Notes: generated by a model not told the origin, from the letters alone. A stretch of DNA of 24,000 bases from Bacillota bacterium (GCA_023420085.1 JAEZWQ010000038.1:14254-38253); one strand, 5' to 3'; counted from the first letter of the stretch, positions 1 to 9,684 are shown. Program-made: numbers and translations.

Positions 1-509
1 AGTAAACGAGGACTAAATTTAGACATATTTATGTCTATATACTTCGTCCTCAAACCGCTTATTAGTCTTGTAACTGAATAATTATTAGCGGCAATAGCTT
101 CTTCTATTTTATCGACAATCTTTATTGAGTAAATCCCACATAATGGATGTATCTTACCTTTATCAATATAGACATATACATCATAATCAGATGATACAAA
201 TTCTTGTAAATAATGTATCATTTCTCTTCTTATAAATGGTGTATCCACAGATACTATTGCCATATATTCATCAGTACAATTTTTTAATAACTGTCTTATT
301 CCTTCAATTGGTCCAATATTTTTTATCTCATCTTCTATATATTTATAATGATCGTTATATTTTTTATTACCTACACTTATTGTGGTATTAAAATCGATAC
401 TTAATTCATTATATAGATGATCTAAAAAGGTTAAACCATTTAATATTTCGGTGGCTTTATCTTTTCCATATCTACTACTAAGTCCACCTGCTAATATTCC
501 TGCTTTCAT
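1..509 (-). CDS. mobA: Molybdenum cofactor guanylyltransferase-like (MobA-like NTP transferase); 3' end cut by window edge
   Basis: This ORF is absent from the ORF track because it runs off the window. My translation from the ATG at 509-507 gives MKAGILAGGLSSRYGKDKATEILNG...IGPIEGI...VSVDTPF...HPLCGIY. This fits the MobA motifs LAGGxxxRxGxDK, GPxxG and xDxP. Its start overlaps the stop of the upstream gene as ATGA at 506-509. Confidence 0.65.
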   Translation of the reverse strand, partial: MKAGILAGGLSSRYGKDKATEILNGLTFLDHLYNELSIDFNTTISVGNKKYNDHYKYIEDEIKNIGPIEGIRQLLKNCTDEYMAIVSVDTPFIRREMIHYLQEFVSSDYDVYVYIDKGKIHPLCGIYSIKIVDKIEEAIAANNYSVTRLISGLRTKYIDINMSKFSPRL

Positions 510-1150
510 ACCGCAATATTTGTCCACATTACTATATAGTGACAAAGGCTTCCACACATTACAAAAATATGAAAAATTTCATGGCTTCCCCAATATTTAT
601 GCTTTGAATTGAAAACCTTTAGTTTTAATGCATATATGACACCACCAATCGTATAAAGAATTCCTCCTAATACCAAAAATATAAATCCAATAAGATTTAA
701 TGCCTTGTATATGTCTATAACCAAAAAAATACATAGCCATCCCATTGAAATATATAAAACAGAAGATATCCATTTAGGATGATATACTATAAATAACTTG
801 AGACATATTCCACTTAATGCTATAAACCATATTAAAACCAATAGGAAAAAGCTTTTTCTGGTACCTATAGATACAATACATATAGGCGTGTATGATGAAG
901 CTATTAAAACAAATATCATACAATGGTCTAATTTTTTAAGTACTCTATTAATTGTTTGTGTAGATGAAATGGCATGATATGTACCACTTGCCATATATAA
1001 TAGTGCCATTCCTACAATAAATATTATCAGTGTAATACCATTTTTAGTCCCCGCTCCAAATCCTTTTATTATTAATGGTATTCCAAATATAATTGTTAAT
1101 CCTAACCCAATATAATGAGTTATAGAACTTACAGGATCTTTTAACTTCAT
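506..1150 (-). CDS. Hemolysin III family (PAQR/YplQ-type) integral membrane protein
   Basis: The 214-aa product has about 7 hydrophobic segments. PAQR-type motifs are present: SGTYHAISS, KLDHCMIFVLIASSYTP and HEIFHIFV. An AGGAGAG RBS lies upstream of the ATG. Confidence 0.8.
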   Translation of the reverse strand: MKLKDPVSSITHYIGLGLTIIFGIPLIIKGFGAGTKNGITLIIFIVGMALLYMASGTYHAISSTQTINRVLKKLDHCMIFVLIASSYTPICIVSIGTRKSFFLLVLIWFIALSGICLKLFIVYHPKWISSVLYISMGWLCIFLVIDIYKALNLIGFIFLVLGGILYTIGGVIYALKLKVFNSKHKYWGSHEIFHIFVMCGSLCHYIVMWTNIAV

Positions 1151-1188
1151 AACTCTCCTATCTAGTATTTAAAACTATATTTAATAGT

Positions 1189-1217
1189 ATTATATAGTTA
1201 TATCTTGTTAAAATCAA
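1189..1217 (-). promoter_or_regulatory. Sigma-A-type promoter candidate for the hemolysin-III-family gene
   Basis: The minus strand reads TTGATT (1217-1212), a 17-nt spacer, then TATAAT (1194-1189), about 40 nt upstream of the ATG at 1150. An 8-bp inverted repeat, AACTATAT (1173-1180) and ATATAGTT (1192-1199), overlaps the -10 element. Confidence 0.45.
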
Positions 1218-1922
1218 TTATTTTTTTATAAAAATAATCTCATTTTTTTCAATTGCTCCTATAAATTTATAACCATAATCGTTATATTGTAGCATATCTT
1301 TAATTTTATTGATTTTATTTTCCGCTAAATATCTGGTAAAATTACCTCTCATAATTTTCGATTCAGTAGCTTTTGAAATAAGTTTGCCATTCTTATATTC
1401 TTTAAAAAATACCTTATAGTAATTTTTTCCCATATATTTATCAACAGCCTTCATAAACTCATTAGATGAAATATCTAATATATCTTCATCTGGCAATTGT
1501 TTAGCAAGTATATCTTTCCAAAAATTATAAAGATCAAACTTCATATCAAAATCTAATCTATGCGGGTAAATACTATCTAATGGTCTTATCATTCCATAAA
1601 GTCCCGTATATATCAAAATATTTTTATTTATATATTCTTTACTATCATTACCAAGAGATCTATAATTTAATCTCTTATATTGTAATCCATCAAAACTATC
1701 AATAGCCGCATACCCATTTATATCAAATTTAATATTTTTATACATATCTTTGACTTGTAAAGCTATTTTTTCATTAATCTTCATTTTCTCTTGAATCTGA
1801 TCAATTGTACATTTCCTTATTATATCAACAAGATCTTTAGAATACTCAATATTTTCAGGTATATATTTCGGTTTTTCGATGGATTCCCTCATCGTCTTAG
1901 TTGGTGATATTAGTATTTTCAT
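1218..1922 (-). CDS. yaaA: Peroxide stress protein YaaA (UPF0246/DUF328)
   Basis: The N-terminus MKILISPTKTM is the YaaA signature. YTGLYGMIRPLDSIYPHRLDF and the C-terminal ESKIMRGNFTRYL segment align with E. coli YaaA as I recall it. Confidence 0.85.
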   Translation of the reverse strand: MKILISPTKTMRESIEKPKYIPENIEYSKDLVDIIRKCTIDQIQEKMKINEKIALQVKDMYKNIKFDINGYAAIDSFDGLQYKRLNYRSLGNDSKEYINKNILIYTGLYGMIRPLDSIYPHRLDFDMKFDLYNFWKDILAKQLPDEDILDISSNEFMKAVDKYMGKNYYKVFFKEYKNGKLISKATESKIMRGNFTRYLAENKINKIKDMLQYNDYGYKFIGAIEKNEIIFIKK

Positions 1923-2373
1923 CTATCCTCTTTAATATATCATCAGCATCTGTCTTTGTCTTTGGTTTATAATTCACATATAAAAGCGTACCCTCTTCAT
2001 CTATCAAAAATGTACTTCTTACTACACCCATATACTCCTTACCATACATTTTCTTTAATTGCCAACTTCCATAAGCTTCAATCATTTTATGATCTTCATC
2101 AGATAATAGTATAAATGGAAGTGAATAATTATCAATAAATTTATTATGTGATTTTATTCCATCTTTTGATACTCCTATTACTACAATATCTTTGTCTTTA
2201 AAATCTTGATACCTATCTCTATAATTGCAAGCTTGCGCTGTACATCCTGGTGTATTATCTCTAGGATATATGTACACAACAACCTTTTTGCCTCTAAAAT
2301 CTGATAATTTAACTTCATTTGAGTCCTTATCTAATAATGTAAACTCTGGTGCTTTTTGTCCTACTTCTAACAT
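1897..2373 (-). CDS. bcp: Thioredoxin-dependent thiol peroxidase (Bcp / PrxQ-type peroxiredoxin)
   Basis: The sequence GQKAPEFTL...GKKVVVYIYPRDNTPGCTAQAC carries the peroxidatic Cys in the PGCT motif. The resolving Cys lies 5 residues later, as in BCP. The 3' end overlaps the yaaA start by 26 nt. Confidence 0.9.
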   Translation of the reverse strand: MLEVGQKAPEFTLLDKDSNEVKLSDFRGKKVVVYIYPRDNTPGCTAQACNYRDRYQDFKDKDIVVIGVSKDGIKSHNKFIDNYSLPFILLSDEDHKMIEAYGSWQLKKMYGKEYMGVVRSTFLIDEEGTLLYVNYKPKTKTDADDILKRIDENTNITN

Positions 2374-2387
2374 AAACTATTATGGTA

Positions 2388-3758
2388 TTAAGATACCAAT
2401 ACTCCTTTCCTATATTTTTTAAATATTTTCTTAAATGTAATTATAAATAATACCGCTGTGGTAACAACTGATATGAAATCTGATACCGGTTCTGCTAGAT
2501 AAACTGCAAATAGTTTGTTCTCAAAAAATCTAGGCAAAATATAAATCAAAGGTATTAATAGAATTATTTTTCTTAAACATGCAATAAATATTGATACCCT
2601 TGCATTACCAATTGCAACAAAACATTGTTGGCATACTATTTGTATAGAAAATATTAAACTCATAAACATATAAATCCTAAGTGCCCAAGAAGAAAATTCT
2701 ATAAGCTCTCTATTATCTGTAAAAAGACTTACAAAGGCTTTTGGTATCATCATATACATAATCCAAGTTGTCAGTGTGAAAATAAACCCAATAACTAACA
2801 GCTTTATTATCACTTCTTTCATCCGTTCTATTTGCTTTGCTCCAAATGCATAACTTACAATAGGCTGACATCCAGTCATTAGTCCTTGTATAAAGACCAT
2901 TGAAAACTGCATTAATGCCATAAGTATAGTCATACTCCCAACTGCAATATCTCCACCATACCTTTGTAGATTTGTATTAAATGTTATAAATAACGCACTT
3001 TCAGTAAAATTCATAACAAATGGAGATAGTCCTAAAATTAAACAGGGCAAAATAACTTTTAACGATATTTTAAGATTACTTATTTTAAGCCTTAGAATAC
3101 TTTTTTCAGATATTAGTATCTTCATCACCCAGACTGCAGATACTCCTTGGGAAATCACTGTAGCAATGGCTGCTCCATCAACTCCCATATCAAATATGAA
3201 AATAAAAATTGGATCTAAAATAATATTGAGTATTGCCCCTATTAGTACTGTAAGCATTGATTTTATAGCCATTCCTTGTGCTGTTACAAAAGCATTTAGT
3301 CCAATAGAAATTTGTACAAATAAGGTGCCTAAAACATATAATCTAAGATATGAACTTGCATATTTGAATGTATCTATACTTGCACCAAATTTCCACAATA
3401 GTCCATCACCAAAAACTAGGAAAAAAATCGTTAAAATCATGGATACTATGAATATAATAACTGTACTATTCCCTAGTATCTTTTCTGCATGTTCATAATT
3501 ATTTTCACCCATCTTTATTGCGGCACTCGGTGCCGATCCCATCGCACATAAATATGCAAAGGCTGTTATTATCATAATTAATGGTAGAGTAACTCCTACT
3601 CCAGTTAACGCCTTTGCCCCAATATCTGGGATATGTCCTATATATATTCTATCCACAAAGTTATATATTATATTTATAAGTTGGGCAACTATAGATGGTA
3701 TAGCCATTTTCATTATTAATATATTAACTTTTTCAGTTCCCAATTTATTATCCTGCAT
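2388..3758 (-). CDS. MATE family efflux transporter
   Basis: The 456-aa product has about 12 TM segments. The N-terminus (GTEKVNILIMKMAIPSIVAQLINIIYNFVDRIYIGH) is typical of MATE/NorM-DinF-like pumps. Confidence 0.85.
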   Translation of the reverse strand: MQDNKLGTEKVNILIMKMAIPSIVAQLINIIYNFVDRIYIGHIPDIGAKALTGVGVTLPLIMIITAFAYLCAMGSAPSAAIKMGENNYEHAEKILGNSTVIIFIVSMILTIFFLVFGDGLLWKFGASIDTFKYASSYLRLYVLGTLFVQISIGLNAFVTAQGMAIKSMLTVLIGAILNIILDPIFIFIFDMGVDGAAIATVISQGVSAVWVMKILISEKSILRLKISNLKISLKVILPCLILGLSPFVMNFTESALFITFNTNLQRYGGDIAVGSMTILMALMQFSMVFIQGLMTGCQPIVSYAFGAKQIERMKEVIIKLLVIGFIFTLTTWIMYMMIPKAFVSLFTDNRELIEFSSWALRIYMFMSLIFSIQIVCQQCFVAIGNARVSIFIACLRKIILLIPLIYILPRFFENKLFAVYLAEPVSDFISVVTTAVLFIITFKKIFKKYRKGVLVS

Positions 3759-3817
3759 ATATCCCCGCCTTTTTATTAAATTCTATATACTATTTTTCTT
3801 AGTGACGTAAGACTATA

Positions 3818-4612
3818 TTATTCCCCAACTTCTATACATCTTCCTCTAATTCTTTTCATCGCAACATCAATATTTATTTCATTTATATCGATATCATCTC
3901 TATTATGCTTTAAAAAATTTCTAACTGTCATATGAGCAATCTCATGATAATTATTTTCAGAACTTAAGTGTCCCAACACTATATCTTTTGTTTTATCACT
4001 TATTACTTTACTAAGTAGATAAGATGCATCATCATTCGACAAATGCCCATAGATACTTTGTATCCTCTTTTTCAATGAATAAGAATATGGCCCACACTCA
4101 AGCATTCTCACATCATGATTTGCCTCGAGCATTATACAATTAAGCCCTTTAAGATTATCAATTATATAATCATCAAACATACCTAAATCCGTAGCAATAG
4201 CTATATTAGTATTATTTGACTTAAATCTAAAACCTACAGGATCTACGGCATCATGGCTGATACTAAATGGGAGTATCTCTGTATTTCCAATACTAAAAGC
4301 CCTATCTCCCCTTATAATGTTAAAGTAATTTGTATCAACTTTCCCAATCTTATTAGAATCTAAAATAGCCTTTAATGTATCTTCCGTCAAAAATACAGGA
4401 ATATTATGTTTTCTCATCATGACACCTAACCCATTTATATGATCTATGTGTTCATGCGTTATGAAGATAGCATCTAATTCTTTTATGTCAATTGGAATAT
4501 TGCTAGAAATATATTTTTCACTAGCTCCACAATCAACCAAGATTTTAGCCCTTTCTCCCTCTATATATATAGAATTTCCGCTACTTCCACTTGTCAAACT
4601 ACACAACTTCAT
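3818..4612 (-). CDS. MBL-fold metallo-hydrolase, YycJ/WalJ-like
   Basis: The 264-aa product has GSSGNS near the N-terminus and the HxHxDH motif as THEHIDHINGL. SHDAVDP and GHLSNDDA follow. It appears collinear with B. subtilis YycJ from memory. Confidence 0.8.
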   Translation of the reverse strand: MKLCSLTSGSSGNSIYIEGERAKILVDCGASEKYISSNIPIDIKELDAIFITHEHIDHINGLGVMMRKHNIPVFLTEDTLKAILDSNKIGKVDTNYFNIIRGDRAFSIGNTEILPFSISHDAVDPVGFRFKSNNTNIAIATDLGMFDDYIIDNLKGLNCIMLEANHDVRMLECGPYSYSLKKRIQSIYGHLSNDDASYLLSKVISDKTKDIVLGHLSSENNYHEIAHMTVRNFLKHNRDDIDINEINIDVAMKRIRGRCIEVGE

Positions 4613-5195
4613 TTTTAATTCCTTTTATATATCTATCTAGCTTTATATCAATAGGTTTATTGTCTGTATTCGTTATAACTAGCTTAGCAATATTTTTAGC
4701 TTTATCATCTATTTTTTGAGCCATAATTATTCTATCACAATCTTTCTTAGTCATATTTCTTTGTTGCATAAGTCTATTATATCTGTCTTCCATTGGTGCA
4801 TCTATATAAATCAAATCTCCCAACTTATATATTCCAGAGGTTATCGGTATAGCAGTTTCTATAAATAAATATTTACTATTTTCAGCTTTAGCTAAGATAT
4901 GCTTAATTACTTCCGGATGTATAATGGAGTTTATTCTTTGTCTAAAATAATCATCTCCAAAAATTAAATTTCTTAGTTTTTGATAATTTATAGCATTATT
5001 TTCTACAATATCATTACCAAACTCTTTTTTTATTCGGTCTAATATTGTTTTTTGCTTCATTATTTCTTTTGCAAGATTATCACAATTTAATACATTTATA
5101 TTATAATTTTCCTTTATGTAACTGCTTATAAAGGATTTTCCAGAACCAATTCCGCCACATATAATTATAATTTTACAATTATTATTTAAGCTCAT
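4599..5195 (-). CDS. coaE: Dephospho-CoA kinase
   Basis: The P-loop CGGIGSGKS lies at the N-terminus of a 198-aa product. The gene sits immediately downstream of polA, a conserved pairing, and overlaps both neighbours by 14 nt. Confidence 0.85.
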   Translation of the reverse strand: MSLNNNCKIIIICGGIGSGKSFISSYIKENYNINVLNCDNLAKEIMKQKTILDRIKKEFGNDIVENNAINYQKLRNLIFGDDYFRQRINSIIHPEVIKHILAKAENSKYLFIETAIPITSGIYKLGDLIYIDAPMEDRYNRLMQQRNMTKKDCDRIIMAQKIDDKAKNIAKLVITNTDNKPIDIKLDRYIKGIKNEVV

Positions 5196-7794
5196 ACATA
5201 CTCTTTCCAGTGTCTACTTCAACATCTAGATCTACCAATAATTTTGCGGCGCTTTCCATTTCTTTTTTAAGTATTTTTGCAACCTTTTCAGCTATCTCAT
5301 CTTTAGCTTCTATCAGTAACTCGTCATGTATCTGTAAAATTATATTTGCATCTAATTTATCATGTTTTAATCTATGATATACATTATTCATAGCTATCTT
5401 CATTATATCCGATGCACTTCCTTGAATTGTCGTATTCATTGCAATTCTTTCTGCGCCAGATCTAACCATAAAATTATTTGAATTTATTTCAGGTATATAT
5501 CTTCTCCTATTATAAATGGTTGATACATAGCCTTGTTCCCTTGCAAGTTTAACCTGCTCTTTTAGATAATTCTGTATCTTTGAATAGTGATCAAAATAGC
5601 TTTGTATATACTCATCTGCTTCTTTTTTGCTTATTCCTAAGTCTTGGCTTAGACTAAAGCTTCCCATTCCATATATTAGTCCAAAGTTTATAGCCTTAGC
5701 ACCTCTCCTTTGTGATGGTGTTACATTCTCTATATCTACACCAAAAACACGTGATGCGGTAGAACTATGGATATCGGCCTTATTTTTAAAGTCATCAATC
5801 ATCGAATCATCTTCTGATAGATGTGCTAGAATTCTTAATTCAATTTGTGAATAATCGGCATCTACAAATGTATATCCATCTTGTGGGATAAAAGCCTTTC
5901 TCAAATTTTTTCCAATATCAGTTTTTATTGGAAGATTTTGTAAATTAGGTTCTGTCGATGATAATCTTCCTGTTGCGGTTATTGTCTGCCTAAACTTTGT
6001 ATGTATTCTTCCATCTTCGGCTATGCAATCAATCAATCCACTTATATATGTACTATTTAATTTTGATACCTGTCTATACTCAAGAATTTTTTCAATTATC
6101 TCATGTTCATTTCGTAGTTTTTCCAATACATCTACCGATGTAGACCAGCCAGTCTTATTCTTCTTCCCAAACGGTAACCTTAGCTTTTCAAAAAGTATAA
6201 TCCCTAATTCTTTAGGCGAGTTGACTTTAAAGTCCTCTCCAGCTAATTCCTTTATTTCCTTTTCTAAATCATCAACCCTCTGACTAAGCTCTAAGCCATA
6301 TTGCTCTAAAATCTTTTTATCAACTCTAATTCCTTTTTCACTCATTTCATGAAGAACAAATGCAAGAGGCATTTCTATTTCATAAAATAATTGAAATAAG
6401 TCATATTCTAATATAATTTTATTCAACTTATCATGAGCCTTTGCAGCAAAAAATGCACCGTACTTTAATATATCTTCATTCTTTAGTATTTCAATATCTG
6501 CTTTTTTTAGTTTTTTTCCAGCACCATCTTTAGCATCTATATACTCATTTATATCTATATTATAATTAGTATACTTGCTAAGTAACTCTTGACTTTCAAG
6601 TCTTTGAGTTGAATCTATTACATAAGCTGCTAATTTAGCATCAAAAAAATCTCTACCATCTCTTTTAAATGGTATCTTATTAAGAAATTGCTTTATATCA
6701 TATGTTAATAGCCTCTGTGCTCCTTCATTGATATCACTTAATGACGCATCTATATTATCATTAGTTATATATATAACATCTTCGTCTGGAAATGCTACAT
6801 AAAGATTTTTCTCACCTATAGTAAACGCTACTTCATAAGGCATATCTTTTTTTGCAACAACTTTTTTTAATTCTTCAAAGCTAACATTTTTTTCTAAAAT
6901 TGTTTCAGAATTAGTTTTATTTATTCCTAATTTATTTACAATTTTTGTAAGACCATACTCAGATAATATATCATATAGTTTTTCTCTATGTAGATTTGGA
7001 TCAAAATTATTTTTATTATATTCTAGTTCACTTATTTTGGTATCAATAGTGGCTAATTTGTAGCTCAAATATGCACTATCTTTATCTTCCAAAAGGTTTT
7101 TAATTATGGCAGGTCTTACCTTTCCTTCCATATCATCTATATTTAGAAAAATATTATCTAACTCACCATATGAATCAATTAGCTGTATTGCCGTTTTCTC
7201 TCCAATCCCCCTAACACCAGGTATATTATCTGATGAATCTCCAACTAAAGCTTTAAATGTTGTCACTAGCTCTGGATATACACCAAAACCATTTTTCACA
7301 GATTCAGCATCATATAATTCATTGGTAACTTTCTTACTTGGTGATGAATAAATTTGATAACAATTATCATTAACCAATGCAAATAGATCCCTATCTCCGG
7401 ATAATATAAAAACCTTATTCCCGATATTTGACTCTTTTTGGGATATACTTCCAATCACATCATCAGCTTCATAACCTGGTTTTTCAATTACGGTCACACC
7501 CATTAGAGGTAAAATTGATTTTAGACTATCCAATTGCTCATGTATAGTATCATCCATTTTTTGTCTTGTACCCTTATATTTGTCATATATATCATGTCTA
7601 AAGCTTTTTCCTCTCGGATCAAATGCTGCTATTACGATATCAATATTATATTCATCAATATACTTCAAAATAGAAGTTAAATATCCATGAATAATCTTTG
7701 TGTCCTGCCCATTAGGTCCTGTCATTGTTGTTTTAACAGCATAATATATTCTATTTGCAAGTGAATAACTATCAATAATTAGTATTTTTTCCAT
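5182..7794 (-). CDS. polA: DNA polymerase I
   Basis: The 870-aa product has an N-terminal 5'-nuclease domain (GDSSDNIPGVRGIGEKTA). Pol motif A is DYSQIELRILAH, motif B is RRGAKAINFGLIYG and motif C is QIHDELL. An AAGGAGA RBS precedes the ATG. Confidence 0.97.
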   Translation of the reverse strand: MEKILIIDSYSLANRIYYAVKTTMTGPNGQDTKIIHGYLTSILKYIDEYNIDIVIAAFDPRGKSFRHDIYDKYKGTRQKMDDTIHEQLDSLKSILPLMGVTVIEKPGYEADDVIGSISQKESNIGNKVFILSGDRDLFALVNDNCYQIYSSPSKKVTNELYDAESVKNGFGVYPELVTTFKALVGDSSDNIPGVRGIGEKTAIQLIDSYGELDNIFLNIDDMEGKVRPAIIKNLLEDKDSAYLSYKLATIDTKISELEYNKNNFDPNLHREKLYDILSEYGLTKIVNKLGINKTNSETILEKNVSFEELKKVVAKKDMPYEVAFTIGEKNLYVAFPDEDVIYITNDNIDASLSDINEGAQRLLTYDIKQFLNKIPFKRDGRDFFDAKLAAYVIDSTQRLESQELLSKYTNYNIDINEYIDAKDGAGKKLKKADIEILKNEDILKYGAFFAAKAHDKLNKIILEYDLFQLFYEIEMPLAFVLHEMSEKGIRVDKKILEQYGLELSQRVDDLEKEIKELAGEDFKVNSPKELGIILFEKLRLPFGKKNKTGWSTSVDVLEKLRNEHEIIEKILEYRQVSKLNSTYISGLIDCIAEDGRIHTKFRQTITATGRLSSTEPNLQNLPIKTDIGKNLRKAFIPQDGYTFVDADYSQIELRILAHLSEDDSMIDDFKNKADIHSSTASRVFGVDIENVTPSQRRGAKAINFGLIYGMGSFSLSQDLGISKKEADEYIQSYFDHYSKIQNYLKEQVKLAREQGYVSTIYNRRRYIPEINSNNFMVRSGAERIAMNTTIQGSASDIMKIAMNNVYHRLKHDKLDANIILQIHDELLIEAKDEIAEKVAKILKKEMESAAKLLVDLDVEVDTGKSMYELK

Positions 7795-7890
7795 ATCGTC
7801 TCCTTGAACAATACTTTTATAGAAATTTTGTCCTTCATGTACCCTAATTTAATATTTTTTATAGCTATCATAGGTTATATAAATTGATAT

Positions 7891-8229
7891 CTAAACAATA
7901 ATGCTAATCATAAAAGACAATAGCAAAAGTGCTGTAGCTCCTATAATAAAATATTTCATATTCCTTTCAATCATATCAATAAAATATAATCTTCTAATAA
8001 TTTCATTAAATCTACATTCTATTTCTTCTTCAGCATATTCATCAATATTGTAAATATCTTCATCTAATAAAAATGCATCTACTAGAATCACTAGTTTTAA
8101 CTCGCTCATACAATCATCACATTCGCTACAATGCTTTGCAAATTGATAAGCCTCTTCTACACTTAATTCATACTTGATAAATTCATTAATTCTTGATTTA
8201 ACTTGATAACAATTAAACTTTTTTGCCAT
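7891..8229 (-). CDS. Small zf-HC2 (ZAS-type) anti-sigma-factor-like protein with a C-terminal membrane anchor
   Basis: The 112-aa product has C7 followed by H33-x3-C37-x2-C40 (KHCSECDDC), the HxxxCxxC anti-sigma zinc motif. It has an acidic middle region and a single TM segment (YFIIGATALLLLSFMISIIV) at the extreme C-terminus. Its ATG at 8229 lies 1 nt after the FemAB stop at 8231-8233. Confidence 0.6.
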   Translation of the reverse strand: MAKKFNCYQVKSRINEFIKYELSVEEAYQFAKHCSECDDCMSELKLVILVDAFLLDEDIYNIDEYAEEEIECRFNEIIRRLYFIDMIERNMKYFIIGATALLLLSFMISIIV

Positions 8230-8230
8230 T

Positions 8231-9493
8231 TTATCTATTACCAGCTCTTTTTTTATTCTTATATTTTATCAATGATTGACGCAGTTTAATCGCACTATTT
8301 AATATACTATTTATAATTTTTGAAATAGGTATCTCAAATTCTCCGATATATTCAACAGGATTTTTTACAAAACTCTTTTTGAACTCGTAAAGCCCATAAT
8401 ATTTATCATCACAATCAGTACTTCCACTTACTCCACCTAGATCATATTTTATAGCACCTTTAGCCTTAGCAGCCTCGATATTATTTTTTATTAGGCATGG
8501 TACAGGCATATATTCACGATAATCATTAGTACTACCCGCATATAAATAGTAAGCATATTTATTGCAATAAATCTCAACACTTGTTGATATCGGTATTTTA
8601 ACTTTTCCTTTTTCAATACTCTGCATAAATATTTTTATATTCTCTTCTTTATTCTTTATAGCATTTTCTTTAGATGCAATTATTTCATTTTTGTTATTTA
8701 GATCATTTTCATCAGTTGTTAGCTCTTTAGATTTTTTAATGTTTGATATTTCTTTATTTATAAGTTCTATTGTCTTTTTTGAATGCTCAATAGCTTTTTC
8801 TACATCAAGATATGCTATAAATATATTTGAAAATTCACCCATACATCTGTATATTTTTTTGAAGTAGTCTAGACTTCTTATTGTTATGCCATTTCTAATA
8901 GCAGATTCTTTCATTACTAGATAGAAATCTTCCCACTTTTCTTCAGTTATACTTTCAACAGATATTGGTAAATCGTCAATCTTCTTAAACTTTGCCTTCA
9001 TTCCCTTAGAAAAACTTTTAATTATTTCATCCATACAACCACTTATATCAAATATCATATTATACCTAGGCTGTATTTCTCTCATATCTGTAAAAAAGCC
9101 AGTATGGGTGTATTGTAATTCATCAAATAACTTTAGTATGTCTTCACTGCCATTTCTTTCAATTCTTGGATCAAAAGTAACTCTTACACATTTTTCTGAT
9201 TTTGCTAATTTTTCAATCAAAGAAAATATTTTTTTTACCTCATCTTTATTGCTATAATCAATAACTGGCCCTCTTGGAATATATGCTATTTTATACCCTA
9301 ACGGTAATTTTCTATATAATATCTGACAAGCCCCAATAGTATCTTCGTCATTCTTAAAAAAGTACTGTTTTGGTGTCCATAAATCATCTTTTACATCTCC
9401 CCAATTTGACAATTGAAGAACATCTCCATATTCATGGTTTAGTATAAATTCATTATATATATTTTTATCGTCTGCTTTTATAATTTCAATCAT
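8231..9493 (-). CDS. FemAB-family peptidoglycan interpeptide-bridge aminoacyltransferase
   Basis: The 420-aa product contains YIPRGPVIDYSNKDEV, HTGF, a central charged coiled-coil segment (KEISNIKKSKELTTDENDLNNKNEIIASKENAIKNKEEN), YYLYAGSTND and YEFKKSF...EYIGEF. These are collinear with S. aureus FemA as I recall it. Confidence 0.85.
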   Translation of the reverse strand: MIEIIKADDKNIYNEFILNHEYGDVLQLSNWGDVKDDLWTPKQYFFKNDEDTIGACQILYRKLPLGYKIAYIPRGPVIDYSNKDEVKKIFSLIEKLAKSEKCVRVTFDPRIERNGSEDILKLFDELQYTHTGFFTDMREIQPRYNMIFDISGCMDEIIKSFSKGMKAKFKKIDDLPISVESITEEKWEDFYLVMKESAIRNGITIRSLDYFKKIYRCMGEFSNIFIAYLDVEKAIEHSKKTIELINKEISNIKKSKELTTDENDLNNKNEIIASKENAIKNKEENIKIFMQSIEKGKVKIPISTSVEIYCNKYAYYLYAGSTNDYREYMPVPCLIKNNIEAAKAKGAIKYDLGGVSGSTDCDDKYYGLYEFKKSFVKNPVEYIGEFEIPISKIINSILNSAIKLRQSLIKYKNKKRAGNR

Positions 9494-9684
9494 ATTTCAC
9501 CCATCCTTTATATAATATAATATCATATATAGGTTGAATATTGTAAATTTGTTATAAAAATAAACAACTACAATGCAGCTATGATGATTTTATTTAGCTC
9601 TTATTAACGCAAATTAATAAAGCAGCTAAAAATAATTATTTAGCCACTTTAATTTATATAGTTTATATTAACTTATTAACCTAT

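Noticed and set aside
3166-3498. 110-aa plus-strand ORF antisense to the MATE transporter
   Set aside because: The same reasoning applies. It is fully nested in the MATE gene and has no translation signals.
5627-7351. Three plus-strand ORFs (75, 86 and 81 aa) antisense to polA
   Set aside because: They are nested in polA, with no RBS and low-complexity products. The other short antisense ORFs in the track (2225-2422, 4446-4640, 10615-10851, 14006-14233, 14417-14671, 15596-15820, 16422-16607, 18611-18823, 19354-19560) are rejected for the same reasons.
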